From Candidatus Latescibacterota bacterium (GTDB taxonomy: Bacteria; Latescibacterota; UBA2968; GCA-2709665), in assembly GCA_965248435.1 (NCBI GenBank), contig OZ252100.1, positions 3,328,001 to 3,392,000 on the forward strand: a DNA stretch of 64,000 nt. The letters are read 5' to 3'. This document shows positions 1 to 11,800 of the stretch, in pieces; position 1 is the stretch's first letter, and every line of letters starts with the position of its first letter. A model generated the notes under the pieces. It was not told the origin of the DNA and searched no databases. It was given only the letters and a program-made list of their open reading frames with translations. The position numbers and the translations under genes were made by a program.

Positions 1-30
1 GATGATTCAGAAGGGCGGGGGATGAAAAGC

Positions 31-96
31 ACGGGTACCGGGAAATCAAGGAACGGGTACCTGGGATGCAAAATTGCGGATTTCAGATTGCGGAAT
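31..96. repeat. CGGGTACC doublet plus TTGCGGA units
   Basis: ACGGGTACC at 31 and 53 (22-bp spacing) then AATTGCGGATTTCAGATTGCGGAAT. Confidence 0.65.
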
Positions 97-102
97 AGAT
101 TC

Positions 103-133
103 AATCCCTCTTCGAAAGGAGAGGGATTTTTTT
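103..133 (+). terminator. Rho-independent terminator-like hairpin
   Basis: AATCCCTCTTC-GAAA-GGAGAGGGATT 11-bp stem (one G-U) followed by a T run on +; abuts the stop of the convergent STAS gene. Confidence 0.65.
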
Positions 134-491
134 ATTCTAGAACTAAGGCCCGGGTCGGGGTGCCGGAGCAAGGCGAATCGACCGAATCCATCTCCTTGAA
201 GAGGGTATCCAGGTGGGTCGTCCGGAAGATTTTGCGGATCTTTTCGTTTACGCCGACCACGCTCAAGTTGCCCCCACCTTCCCGAACTGCGCAGAGGGCC
301 TTTGTCAGGGCATTCAGGAATGCGCTGTCGAACCACTTTACGTTGGAAAGATCGATCACGACTCTTTTCGCCCTATCATCGATGAGTCGTCGGATCCGAT
401 CTTCGTACTGATTCACCACAGTTCCGTAAACGGTCGGTCCCTCGACCATCAGGACAGCCTCTTCGCCAACTCCCTGAACTTCGATCTTCAT
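132..491 (-). CDS. STAS-domain anti-sigma factor antagonist (SpoIIAA/RsbV-like)
   Basis: VVIDLSNVKWFDSAFLNAL (STAS DxS phosphosite motif) and IRKIFRTTHLDTLF; ATG at 491 with GAGGAGG RBS. Confidence 0.85.
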   Translation of the reverse strand: MKIEVQGVGEEAVLMVEGPTVYGTVVNQYEDRIRRLIDDRAKRVVIDLSNVKWFDSAFLNALTKALCAVREGGGNLSVVGVNEKIRKIFRTTHLDTLFKEMDSVDSPCSGTPTRALVLE

Positions 492-504
492 CTTGGCCTC
501 CTCG

Positions 505-2871
505 CTACATTGCCTCGGCCTCATGGGCTTGACTCAAAGCCTTGCCAAACACCCTGCTCAGCTGCTCCATATTCAGCGGCTTTTTCAATGTCCCTGAGAG
601 TTTCAGGGGAAGTTCGTCCATGCCCTTCTCGCCCAACGGGTAGCCGGTCATGACCACTGTCTTAATCTCAGGGTTAATCTTTTTCAATGCCTGTATCAAT
701 TCCAGACCTCCCATCTCCGGCATGACCATGTCGGTCAACACCGCCGAGATTTTGTCAAGGTCAGATTTGTAGATTGCCAGGGCGTCCTTGCCGTTTTCCG
801 CTGTGACGACGCCGTAATTCAGCTGTTCGAGCATCTCTTTGGCCACCTCCAACACCTCCGGCCTGTCCTCCACAACCAGAATGGTTTCGCCTGCACCTCT
901 TGGGATGTCCACCTCCTGTGCGAGTGTGAGATCCTTTCCCTCAGCTGATTTGGGAAAGTAGAGCGTGAAAGTCGTGCCCTCTCCCAGATCGCTGTTGACT
1001 TTGATCTCACCCCCGTGCTGCTTCACGATACCGTAGACCTGAGCCAGGCCGAGGCCCGTACCTTCTCCTGGCTTTTTCGTGGTGAAAAAGGGTTCGAAGA
1101 TGTGTTCGACTACCTCATCGGGCATGCCGGTCCCGGTGTCGGCCACACCTAGTGCGATCCAGACACCGTGTTCCATTCCCGGCACCGGAGGCCGCTCTGT
1201 AGGGCCGACCTGAATTTGGGAGAGCCCAAAGGTCAGCTCACCGCCATCACGCATCGCGTGGCTGGCGTTGACCGCAAGGTTTGTGATGACCTGCTGCATC
1301 TGGGTTAGATCCATTAGGACGGGGAAGCCGCCTGAATCGAAGTCGGAGACAATTCGTATACTCTCCGGCAGCGTGCGCTCCATCAGCTTCACCGATTCCT
1401 TCAAGAACGGAACCAGATCGATCGATTTCTTTTCCACGACAGACTTTCGGCTGAAGTCCAGGACCTGCTGAACCAGCTGCGCTGCGCGCTGTCCCTGCGA
1501 GGCAATGGTTTCCATCTGCTCCTTTGTATTTTCCGGCAGGTCCGGGTCCATCTGCTGCATCTGGGCCAAGCCGATGATTACGGTCAGGAGGTTGTTGAAA
1601 TCGTGGGCGATTCCTGCGGCGAGCTGTCCGACGGCGGCCAGTCTGTCCTGCTGCTGCGACCGTTCCTGTGTCTCACGGTCTTCGGTCACGTCCCGTGTCA
1701 CCAGAACCCAGCCCTCTTCCTCGTCTTTCCAGGGGATGGAACAGAGGCTGACTTCGAAAATCTTTTTGGGCTTCACATCCAGCGTTATCTCTTTGGCAAG
1801 AATTTTCTCCTGACCGTCGAGGAGTTCCTCGAGCGTGGTGTCTCCGATCTGCGTCACGACATCCCCAACTTGGATGTTGCCGAGAAGGGGTAGATATTCG
1901 TCTGCGAGGGGATTGTTCAGAATAAGCCGCTTCTCGTTATTCAGGAGACTGACTCCGTCAGGCAAGTGCTCCAGCATCCCTTTCAGCTGATTCTTGCTCT
2001 CCCGAAGTTCTTGTTCCGCCTGCCTTTTCTGAGTCACGTCGCGAGCGTAAAGATGTATGTTGCCGGTGGAGGGGACTTTGTGATAGGACCATGCGTAGAC
2101 GCGATCCTCCACATAGGCCTCGGCTTCAGACACAGATCTGCCGTTTCCACTCGCCTTCGTTAAGATGCTTATATGGTCTGCCGGAAGGATTCCAGATACA
2201 TCTGATATGTCGAGTTCGCTTAATATCCTTTGTGCCGCAGGATTGGAATAGGTAATCTCTCCCTCAGGGTTTGATTCCAGCACCGGATTCGGGTTCTCCC
2301 TAGGGATGGACGCGAGCCGGTCATTTTCCAACTCCGCCTGTTTCACTCCCTTTGCGAGGTTCAACTCGCTTTCCGCCACCGCAGCCAGGTCTCTCAGCAG
2401 ATTCAAGTCTTCTTCGTTCATCTGGCGCGGGCATCGGTCTTTGATGCACAGGGTGCCGACCCGGCTTCCGTCTGCGGTCTTCAGTGGATATCCGGCATAG
2501 AAACGAATCCCCTCATTCCCTTTTACCAAAGGACTATCTTTGAAGCGCTCATCGAGCATGGCATCCGGAATGACAAGGGGTTGATGTCCCAGAACGGCAT
2601 AGGCACAGAAGGAAATGGCCCTGGGCGTTTCAGAAGAGGATAGACCCACACAGGATTTGAACCACTGTCGATTTTCGTCGACGAGCGAGACGAGAGCGAT
2701 GGGCACGTTGAACAAACGGGCCGCGATTCTCGTAATCCGGTCGAAGCGCTCTTCGGGCGCCGTATCCAGAATGTTCAGGGCTTTTAGCGCCGAGAGCCGC
2801 TCTGGTTCGTCAGGTGGGATCGGGGCCTCCATTGTCTGCGGTTCCTGAAGCATTGTCGTTTGATCACTCAT
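505..2871 (-). CDS. Hybrid sensor histidine kinase (GAF-PAS-PAS-HisKA-HATPase-REC)
   Basis: GAF ([41 protein letters not shown]), H-box [11 protein letters not shown]-box [30 protein letters not shown], receiver [11 protein letters not shown]; ATG at 2871 with GGAGG RBS. Confidence 0.93.
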   Translation of the reverse strand: MSDQTTMLQEPQTMEAPIPPDEPERLSALKALNILDTAPEERFDRITRIAARLFNVPIALVSLVDENRQWFKSCVGLSSSETPRAISFCAYAVLGHQPLVIPDAMLDERFKDSPLVKGNEGIRFYAGYPLKTADGSRVGTLCIKDRCPRQMNEEDLNLLRDLAAVAESELNLAKGVKQAELENDRLASIPRENPNPVLESNPEGEITYSNPAAQRILSELDISDVSGILPADHISILTKASGNGRSVSEAEAYVEDRVYAWSYHKVPSTGNIHLYARDVTQKRQAEQELRESKNQLKGMLEHLPDGVSLLNNEKRLILNNPLADEYLPLLGNIQVGDVVTQIGDTTLEELLDGQEKILAKEITLDVKPKKIFEVSLCSIPWKDEEEGWVLVTRDVTEDRETQERSQQQDRLAAVGQLAAGIAHDFNNLLTVIIGLAQMQQMDPDLPENTKEQMETIASQGQRAAQLVQQVLDFSRKSVVEKKSIDLVPFLKESVKLMERTLPESIRIVSDFDSGGFPVLMDLTQMQQVITNLAVNASHAMRDGGELTFGLSQIQVGPTERPPVPGMEHGVWIALGVADTGTGMPDEVVEHIFEPFFTTKKPGEGTGLGLAQVYGIVKQHGGEIKVNSDLGEGTTFTLYFPKSAEGKDLTLAQEVDIPRGAGETILVVEDRPEVLEVAKEMLEQLNYGVVTAENGKDALAIYKSDLDKISAVLTDMVMPEMGGLELIQALKKINPEIKTVVMTGYPLGEKGMDELPLKLSGTLKKPLNMEQLSRVFGKALSQAHEAEAM

Positions 2872-2935
2872 CCCAGCCTCCGTATTCTCCCGACGAAATG
2901 TGAACGCTCTTTCATCCATTTGTATCGGGTTAGAA

Positions 2936-2951
2936 AACAACAATCGTGCCA
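2936..2951 (-). promoter_or_regulatory. Possible sigma54 (-24/-12) promoter of the histidine kinase
   Basis: TGGCAC-GATTG-TTGT on minus strand; consensus spacing, but -12 is TTGT rather than TTGC. Confidence 0.35.
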
Positions 2952-3011
2952 CAGCAAGAACTTCACTCAGGAATTTATAAGTATGAAGAAAACAAGGGGG
3001 TTATTGCCCCA

Positions 3012-3686
3012 TTACTCCGATCCCAGATCGGAATCGGTAACGTTATATCGTGAGACTTTCGATATTTCGTGAGTTCTACCGCCCTCGCACGTCCCTCCCA
3101 GACGCTGGATTTCCGCTTCTTCCACTTTCCTGAAGTGGGAACACTCCCTGACCGACACGAAAATGGCATTCTCTCCGGGAAAGGCTCGAAATCTGAACTC
3201 GAAACAGAGTCCATTCATGAGCTTCTCAGCACTCACGACGCGGTCCGTCTCGATAATGTCTGCGACCACTGTCTCGACGTCATCCGGAAGGAAACCATTT
3301 ACCTCACTTTTTCGGAGACCCAACCGCCCCAGCGTGCGTTCGGCAGCGGCGTTCATGTAGAGGACTTCCGCTGACGAATCCAGTTTCATGACCATGTCGG
3401 GGTTCGCCTCCGGGAATTTGAAAGACCAAACGGCCTCGGCCTCCATCTTGACCCGTCGGCCGACCTGGGTTACGATGTAGGGGACGATGAAGGGGATCAA
3501 CAGATAGAGACTTCCATAGACAGGCGCTTCTGAGATCATTTCGAGGAGGTGAGATGTGTGGCAGACACCCATAAACAAATGCCCATTTACTTCAAACAGG
3601 GCGTGGATGCTTGCTCCTATTAAGGCTGAGGCCATTACGGGCCTGGAATAGACATACTTTACGAATCGCCAAGTCAGGGATTTCAT
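3012..3686 (-). CDS. Membrane-anchored PAS-domain protein, probably C-terminally truncated (no output domain)
   Basis: Two N-terminal hydrophobic segments, then FPEANPDMVMKLDSSAEVLYMNAAA resembling the kinase PAS ([25 protein letters not shown]); sequence degenerates after RKVEEAEIQRL. Confidence 0.6.
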   Translation of the reverse strand: MKSLTWRFVKYVYSRPVMASALIGASIHALFEVNGHLFMGVCHTSHLLEMISEAPVYGSLYLLIPFIVPYIVTQVGRRVKMEAEAVWSFKFPEANPDMVMKLDSSAEVLYMNAAAERTLGRLGLRKSEVNGFLPDDVETVVADIIETDRVVSAEKLMNGLCFEFRFRAFPGENAIFVSVRECSHFRKVEEAEIQRLGGTCEGGRTHEISKVSRYNVTDSDLGSE

Positions 3687-3735
3687 CGCCGATTCACTCA
3701 CTAAGAGTTGAAAGGAACTTGCAACCCGCACATCA

Positions 3736-3751
3736 TGCAAACGGGATGCCA
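3736..3751 (-). promoter_or_regulatory. sigma54 (-24/-12) promoter
   Basis: TGGCAT-CCCGT-TTGCA on minus strand, about 50 bp upstream of ATG 3686; exact GG-N10-GC spacing. Confidence 0.6.
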
Positions 3752-3795
3752 GGACAGCCCCAATTGGATTACTGAAGCTAATTTGCATAAAAAAC

Positions 3796-3821
3796 TGGCA
3801 CTTACAATGACGCAAGTGCCA
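3796..3821. promoter_or_regulatory. Inverted repeat, candidate activator binding site
   Basis: TGGCACTT-N10-AAGTGCCA perfect 8-bp dyad upstream of the sigma54 motif. Confidence 0.4.
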
Positions 3822-3887
3822 CCAGCGTAATCCACGATAAGGACAGATGGGCTCGGTTTTTACGAAATATCGTGATGGGATCTCGGA

Positions 3888-4015
3888 CCTAACCCCCCCG
3901 ACCCCGCTTCCCTAAAGGGAAGGGGGGAGCAGTGAGGTAAAAGGTTACTGCAATGCGAAAACAGTGATCACTAAGTCCCCTCCTTGGAGGGGTGCCCCGA
4001 AGGGGCGGGGTGGGT
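3888..4015. repeat. Pair of REP-like GC-rich palindromes in opposite orientation
   Basis: CCTAACCCCCCCGACCCCGCTTCCCTAAAGGGAAGGGGGGAG and TCCCCTCCTTGGAGGGGTGCCCCGAAGGGGCGGGGTGGGT. Confidence 0.55.
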
Positions 4016-4046
4016 CATAAAGGGCCGCTAGCAGGTTTCTTCATCA

Positions 4047-4193
4047 TTCGATATTCGGTGGAAGAATCAAAGAGAATGTCGAATGTCGAATACTGAACGC
4101 CGAATGTCGAAGTAGGAGCCTGTGCTGCAATCACATGATTCGGTTCTGCTTTTTCCTTCATTATTCAAAATTCTGCGGTTCGATATTCGACAT
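4047..4193. repeat. Degenerate 7-bp tandem repeats with complementary arms
   Basis: GAATGTC GAATGTC GAATACT GAACGCC GAATGTC (4074-4108) and TTCGATATTCG-type arms at 4047-4057 and 4156-4193. Confidence 0.65.
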
Positions 4194-4965
4194 GCTGGAT
4201 TCAATGACTAAGTGCAACACTTGGACTTGAAGACTTCAGCTGGTGTTTTGAAGTTAAGACATTTTCTTGGTCGGTTGTTGATCCGGTTCTGAATTTTCTT
4301 TAACTCGTGTTTGCTGACCTTTGAGAAGTCTGTCTTCTTGGGGAGGTATCTGCGGACCAGACCGATAGCGTTTTCCACAGCGCCTCGCTCCCAGCTGTGG
4401 AACGGTTTGCAGAAATAGGATTTGGTGCCAAGCACCTCGTTGACCCGTTGATGTTGGCCGTTTTCGGATCCGTTGTCATATGTGATGCTCTTCCTCATGT
4501 GGGGAGGATGTCGCCCAAGGCGTCGATTAATCGCTTCGGCGACCTCCGAGGGTCCGTTCTTTGCCAGCTTAGCCAGGTGTAGGTATCTCGACGATCGCTC
4601 AAGACAAGCGCCAACGGCCTGTTTGCTCTCACGAGAGATGATGGTGTCGGATTCCCAGTGGCCAGGTTGTTTCCGTTTTTCGATGTAACGGGGACGTCGA
4701 TCGATCGAAATACGGCCTGGAATGTGGCTTTCCCGGTGTTTTCGGGTATGCCACCGCGGCTTTCGTTTTTTGTGAGCTCGGGATAAGCAAGCAACCAGAT
4801 CCCGCTGCTTGTGCACCTTTGGATCGTAGATATACTGGTAGATGGCTTCGTGGCTGATACCCGCGCTCGGACGCTCCTCGGGAAGCCTCCCAGCGATCAA
4901 CTCGGGAGACCATCCTTGCTTGAGTTTGGTCTCGACATATCGCCGGATAACCGGATTCTTCAGCG
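4194..4965 (-). mobile_element. IS30-family element remnant (right end only)
   Basis: Terminal IR-like GGATTCAATGACTAAGTGCAACA (about 4197-4219) overlaps the transposase stop; no left end visible. Confidence 0.85.
4208..4965 (-). pseudogene. IS30-family transposase, 5'-truncated (DDE domain kept)
   Basis: LKQGWSPELIAGRL, ISHEAIYQYIY, GHWESDTI, SITYDNGSE, YFCKPFHSWERGAVENAIGLVRRYLPKKT, NNRPRKCLNFKTP; N-terminal HTH absent, frame runs into unrelated sequence near 4965. Confidence 0.9.
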
Positions 4966-4971
4966 ACGGAG

Positions 4972-7900
4972 ATGGGGTCCCTGAACCTGGCCCAGACCTT
5001 CGTGGGGACCTTCAAGGCCGAAGCCGACGTGGACCTCCAGGCAACGCTGACCGTCCCCGCCATCACGATCGACGATTTCGTCTTCGACTTTCCGTCTGTG
5101 TCGGCGATCTTCCACTACGACCAGGTCTTCGCTAACGCCAGCACGACCGGCGCCGGCAACAGTTTCGGCGGCGTTCCCGTCATCTCCTTCGAAGATGTGG
5201 AGATAGACCTCGGGGGGTTCATCACCGGGTTCGTCGGCCCGATCGTCGGCCAGATCGGCGACGTGATCGATCCGCTGCTGCCCCTCGTCCACGTGCTGAC
5301 GGACGAGATCCCCCTGCTGAAGGAGCTGGGGGCGTCGCAGACGAGCCTGATCGACATAGCCGGGACGCTCCTGGGTCAGACGAAGTACGCCGGCGTGGTG
5401 AAGGCGGTCGATGCCATCCTGGACTTCGTCCTCTTGGTAGAGAAAGTCGACGACTTCATCGACGCGTCGGGCGGCGGCCCCCTCGTGATAAGCTACGGCA
5501 GCTTTACCGTGGGCGGCGACGCCCGCAGCGGTGGCCAGGGTTCCCTCAATGTTGCCCCCCCGGCCCCGGGCACCACCCACGACCCGTCCGGCCAGTTGGA
5601 CAGTGGACCGAGCTCGACAAAGAAGGACAAGGCCAAGAGCGTCGTCAGCAGCTTCGGCACCACGAAGGGCAGCCTCCAGTTCCCGATGCTGAGCGACCCG
5701 CTTTCCGCCTTCGGTTTGCTCCTGGGCAAGTCCGTCGATCTCTTCATCTACGACCTGCCTGTCCTGAGCCTCGACTTCCAGTACGTCAAGTCCTTCCCCA
5801 TCTTCCCCGGACTCAACGCCCGTTTGGGCGGCGGAGTGTCGGCATCGACGAACTTCAGCTTCGGATTCGACACCTCCGGCTTCAACGAGTGGAAGGCTGG
5901 ATGGTCCGGGCCGGGAGGCAGCTTCCAGGCCAGCGACCTCGGCCAGCTCGGAACCGTTTTCAACGGATTCTTTCTCGACGACCACGGTATCGAGAACACC
6001 TCCGGCGATCAGCCTGAGGCGACCATCACCGCCTCGATCGTGGCCGGCGCCTCCGTGGGCATCGGCGGACTGATCGAAGCGGGAGTCGAGGGAACCATCA
6101 AGGCCACTATCGACTTCGATCTCAACGATGTGAAGAATCCCAATGCCTTCCCGGGATCAGGCATCCCCGAGTTCGACGGCAAGATCCGAGCCGAGGAGCT
6201 GATCGCGCGGGCCAACCAGGGAATCGAGTGCATCTTCGACACCCACGGGGCGCTCACCTTCGCTCTGGACGCCTTCTTCTGGGTGGGGGCCGACCTGGGA
6301 TTCCTGGGCAAGATCACGATCTTCGAAGCCCGAAAGAACTTCTTCTCCGCCACTCTGGCGGAGTTCGACCACGCCTGTCCCGACCTGGACATTCCCAAAC
6401 TGGCTCACATGAACGGCAGCGACCTGGTGCTGGACATGGACGGAGTGGTCGGACAGTCCGGATTCAGCGCGCTCGAAGACGACGATGGCAATCGGATCGG
6501 CGAGAGCTACAAGGTGGGGGTGCTGCAGCTACCGACGGATGTTGTCGTCGATGCGGACGGGCAGATCACGGACGGCGGCACTCTGGACGGCCCGATGGAA
6601 GACTTCGTCACGGTAGGCGCCCGCGGGTTCCTGAATTTCTTCAGGGCCAGCGGTGTGGACAGCGTCAGCACCACGGCAACGGCCTACGCCGACGAGATCC
6701 AGGTCGCAAGCAACGTCCAGGCAAATTTGAACCTGCACGGCGGTTCCGGTGACGATCACATAATGATCGACTCGGACGGCACACACTCCGTGGCCATCTT
6801 CGGTGACGACGACGACGACATACTGATCGGTGGCGCGTTCGCCGACACGATCGAGGGGGGTGCCGGAAAGGACAAGATCTACGGCCTCGGCGGAAACGAT
6901 ATCCTGAGGGGCGACGCCGGTCTGGATATCATCGTGGGCGGTCAGGGCAACGACGAGCTGCACGGTGGCAGCGGCGACGACCGGCTGGCCGGAGAAGAGG
7001 GCGCAGACAAGCTGTTTGGAGACGCCGGCGCCGATACCCTCACGGGTGGAAAGGGTGTTGATGAGGGCCGGGGAGGCACGGGAGGCGATACCTTCGTCTG
7101 GACATTCGGTGACGGCGCCGACTCGGTCTGGATCGGCGGTAATAGCACGGCGACGAACCCAGATGACCAAATCGAGTCACAGGAGCCCGATACGGCCCGG
7201 CTGATCGGGATCGTGCTCGACGAGAACATGCAGACGGTTCCGGTAGACGACACCGTCGGCCTTTCAGCCAACAGCGTCGACGTAGATGTCAGTTGGGGAC
7301 GTCCCGGGACCTCGACGAACGTCTACACACTCCAGGGGTTCGAGCGGGTGACGCTGGATTTGGCCGACGGGGCTGATGCCGTGACGATCGGGAATCTGGA
7401 CGGGACGACGGTGGGGAACGTCGACGTCGACTTCGGCGAGACCCAGCGGGAAGAGACCGCCGTAGTCGATATGGTAATCCGCGACGCGAGCGGCAATTTC
7501 GTCGACTTCATCTACGATCCCCGCGATCTGGATGCGAATGGCGACCCCAAGACCGTCCATGAGGTACTCGATGCGAATGGCGACCCTGTTCTTGATGTGA
7601 ATGGTGATCCGACATTCGAAACGAGAGCTGCGCGGATCCTGACGGAAGTGATCAAGACAACGCTGAAGGGCACTGACGGCCAGGCAGATACGCTGCTGCT
7701 GCTGGGGTCTTCCGGAGTGGATACGTTCGAGCTGACGGCAGCGGACGCCAATGCATTGGGGATCGACCAGTTCGTCGACCGGCCCGGCGGCGCCACGGGT
7801 GATCGTGTGCTGAGCATCCAGCTGGAGAACAGCGAGAGCGGGTTCGACCGGCTCGATATCCAGACACTGGGGGACGGCGACCGTGTGGATGCATCCGATG

Positions 7901-8880
7901 TCGTCGTGCGCCACCTGATCGTCCTCGGGATCGACACGGGGGCCGGTAACGACACGGTGATCGGCTCCTCCTTTGTTGACCACATCAATACGGGCGCCGA
8001 CGACGATACGGTCACGGGAGGTCCCGGGGTGGATCAGTTCGCCGATTCGGGCGGGGATGACACGCTGGTGGAGTCGCGGGACGTCCACTTCGACCTGAGC
8101 GATATCGAGCTGTCGATCCACACGAAGGCGGACAGCTACGGGATCAACAACACCCAGGTTACGTCGGGGACGCCGATCACGGAGAAAGAGAATATCGCCG
8201 GGCCCGGGTTGAACGGCGCGGGCGGTGGGATCTTCGAGACGATCCGGCTGACGGGCTACGACGATACTCGCGGGCTGGAGGGCGCGCTGAGCGAGAACAC
8301 CTTCACCGTGGACGATTTCACGATGACCGCGTTCCTGAACGGCGGCCCGGCCGACGACTTCTACGACATCATCCTCAGCGGCGGTGCGGCGGCACAGTTC
8401 AGTTCGGTGGTCTACATCTCCGACGACGGCGGCAAGGGGTTGGCCCACCTGCCGCAGGGCGCCGGCCTGGACACGCTGAATGTCGAAGGCACTGCAGTTG
8501 ACGATACGTTCGCGTTCGCGCCGCAACTGGTGGAGCGGTTGACGACGGCCGACGTTTCGCCCGGGGACGCCGGCTTCACGCCGATCACCGATTTCGGCAA
8601 TATCAGCACCGACCCGGTCGTTCGGTCGTTTGCGGCCGGTCCGGACGTGAGTCGGCAGACGGTGATCTACGGTGAGGGTATCGTGGAGGCGTTCGAGGTC
8701 CACGGCGGGTTCGGCGACGACATCTTCATCGTGGACGACAGCAGCACCGAGCTGTTCGTGTTCGGCGACAGCGGCGACGACGCCTTCTTCATCGGCAGTG
8801 TGACCGCCACGACGACGATCACCAATCCCGAGGATCCTCTGGGCCCCGGGATTCTGGTGGTTGACCGGACAAGCGGAGGG
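4972..8880 (+). CDS. Giant RTX-like Ca-binding secreted protein, segment 1 (5'-truncated, frameshift near 8870)
   Basis: Highly acidic Gly/Asp-rich ORF with GGxGxD nonapeptides (GGAGKDKIYGLGGNDILRGDAGLDIIVGGQGNDELHGGSGDD); begins mid-domain; ORF tail to 9045 is out-of-frame junk. Confidence 0.85.
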
Positions 8881-11800
8881 AGGCGGTATCACCAACGGCG
8901 TATCGTTCCCTGCGGAGTTCCGCGGAGGCAAGGGCAACGACTATTTCGAGGTGAACCACAACATCGCCGAGATTTCCTTGTACGGAGAGGACGGCGACGA
9001 CGTCTTCTTCCTGAAGGCGCATCTCACGACCGAGCCGGCCGATAACGATGATTTGCAGCCGCAGGAAGACATCGATGTCTTCAGCGAAGAGGGCGAGCGC
9101 GACGTCCTGGCCTACGTGAACAACGCGCCCGTGAACATTCACGGCGGGGCCGGCTTCGACACGCTGGTGATCGTGGGGACGTCGATAAGCGATACATTCA
9201 CCATCTTCGTCGAAGAGGTGAACGGCATCGAGGTCCAGCGCATCTTCGGCGCGGGTCTGACGGTCCCCAACATTACCGGCATCGAGCGGCTGCTGATCGT
9301 GGCGGGCGGCGGCGACGACATTATTAATGTATATGGCACGCTTGCAGACCAGGAGATCTCCGTTAACACGGGTGGCGGCAACGACACGGTCTTCCTGGGC
9401 GGCAACGAGATCAACTTCGACATCACGATCCCCGAGTCGAAGTATACGAAGGTCGAGACGGTCGAACGTCCCAACATCGTGATTCCGAACCCTCCGATCA
9501 TCATCCCCGGATTTCCCTATTACTCCACTCATTATTACTTCAGCTTCAACTTCTTCGGCAGACGGTCCTGGTCCTACAGGATCTGGCATTGGGCGCCGGC
9601 CATCGTTATCCCGATACCGGATACGATTATCCCGCAGGAACCTCTGGAGATCCCGCGGGTCGTCACGGTTCCCGAGTTCACTCTGCCGGTCTTTGTTCCA
9701 GAAACGCGCCAGCTCGTGGGTCTGCAGGGCCCGGTTTTTGTCGACGGCCAGGACACGGGGCCGATCCTTAATCCTGACGGTACTGTACTTCTCAGTGCGG
9801 GCGATGACACCCTCGTTGTGGACAACCGCTACGGCACACCACAGGCCCCGGGCTCCCTCGTGAAGATCGAGGTGGAGGTCGCCAAGATCAATCAGGTGGA
9901 TCCAGTAGATCTGGCCGAGGAGCTGGAAGCGGAGCTTGGCTTTGCGCCGACGCAGGCCCAGATCGACACCCGGGAGACGCAGCGGATCGCCGACGTGGCG
10001 AGCGCCAAGGCCATCCTGGCCGTGACCGCGCCCGCGGGCGTGGACGAAGAGACGGTCTACGGGCAGGTGGTGGACCATCTGCAGGACCAGAACCGGGTGC
10101 GCCAGCCGGGTATCCTGGACGCGATGGTGGCGGCCCCTGCCGGAACGACTGCAGTCACCCTGACCGACAGCGCGAAGATCGCCGACCATACTACGACCAA
10201 CGCCTTCGTCAGCGATCTGAGCGCTGAGTTCAGCACCAACGTGTCGCAGGGGAAGTGGGTCGACGCGTCCGACGAAGCCAACCCTCAGGATATCTTTTTC
10301 AACATCACGGCTTCATACATCAACACCTATCACCTGTTGTTCCCGAATGGCGTGTTCTCCTTCACCGCCGGCGGCCGCAACCTGGAAGCCGAGGTGATAT
10401 CGGATCTCGGCGGGAATATCATCCAGATCAACGTCTACACCGTCGACAAAGTCACGTTCGATCTGGGCAACGATTTCGTGAAGTCGAAGTTCGTGGACGA
10501 CGAATCCACTCGGACCTACGACACGATTTCGGGCTTCGGTTCAACGTTCGGAGTGTTTTACCAGAACTTCACGGCGGTGGACGTCCAGCTCTCCAGCCAG
10601 GTAGACGTACTGGAAGTGATCGACACGGCCGGGACAGATCAGAAGCCGACAGTAACCCGCATCTTCGCCGGCGGCGGCGGCGACACAGTGAACGTCCGTG
10701 CGGCCGGCGGCACGACGAACATTTTCGGGGACGTGAGCCCGACCTACAACGAGGACTTCCGGGTACACGCCGGGTCGACGACCCCCGCTCACCTGAAGAG
10801 CGCGCAGAATGCCGTCACGCTGGGCAACTTGCTCGGCCTGGGCGCCACCTTCGATCACGAGAACTCCACGCACGTGCGTGCGGTTGCGCAGCAGCTCCTC
10901 AACCGCGGCGTTTCGCTCGTGGATCTGGACGGCAGCGCGATTACGCTTACCAGCGACATCACCGACGTGGTCAATTTCGACTCGGACGCCTACCACGCAC
11001 AGATCTGGATCCTGTTGAAGGCCCACCTGAACGATCTGCAGGGAAACACCGGAAGCTACAAGGACTTCCTGGATGACCTCGGACCCTTCGGGTCGGAGTT
11101 CTCCACGAACCTGGCCACGCTGGTGTCCGGGTTCAACGCCACGGACGTCAGCAACCTGGACGTCGGGGACCTGAAGGCGCTGGCCACGGCGGTGAACAAC
11201 AAGGGCTACACGACGACGGTGTCGATCAAGACGGCGTCGACGGTGGGCCAGTTGAACAACTCGCTGGACGCATTCGCCGACGAGGTCTGGGATACGCTGA
11301 AAGACCTGACAACCAACGCCTCGCCGTTCGTCGCGACCACGGGCGACTGGCGGAGCCATCTGGCTTCCGTGGGAAGTGCTCTGGGCATCAGCGGGTCGTT
11401 CAATACATCGAGCCTGAGCCATCTGCAGACCCTGGCGAAGGAGGTCAACTCCCGTCAGTTCCAGGCGACCGTATCGATCGACACGTCCGATGAGTCGACG
11501 ACGTCGGCGACCTTCGACCGGTTGGATACCGACCTGGAGTTCACGTTCCAGACCTTCGTCTGGAGGTTGCTGAAGGAGAACCTGATCCACACCGGCGGAT
11601 CAGCCTACAACCCACTGGCTGATGTGGAGCAGGTTCCCAACGAATATCGTAACTACCTCCTCCAGCTGAACGCGGCACTCGGGCAGAGCGGGACGTTCAA
11701 TCCGAACAGCGTGATCCACCTGAAGACGCTGGGAACCGCGCTGAACAACGAGTTCCCCGCTCTGCAGATCGACGTTGCCGGCATCCAGCTGGTGCCGAGC

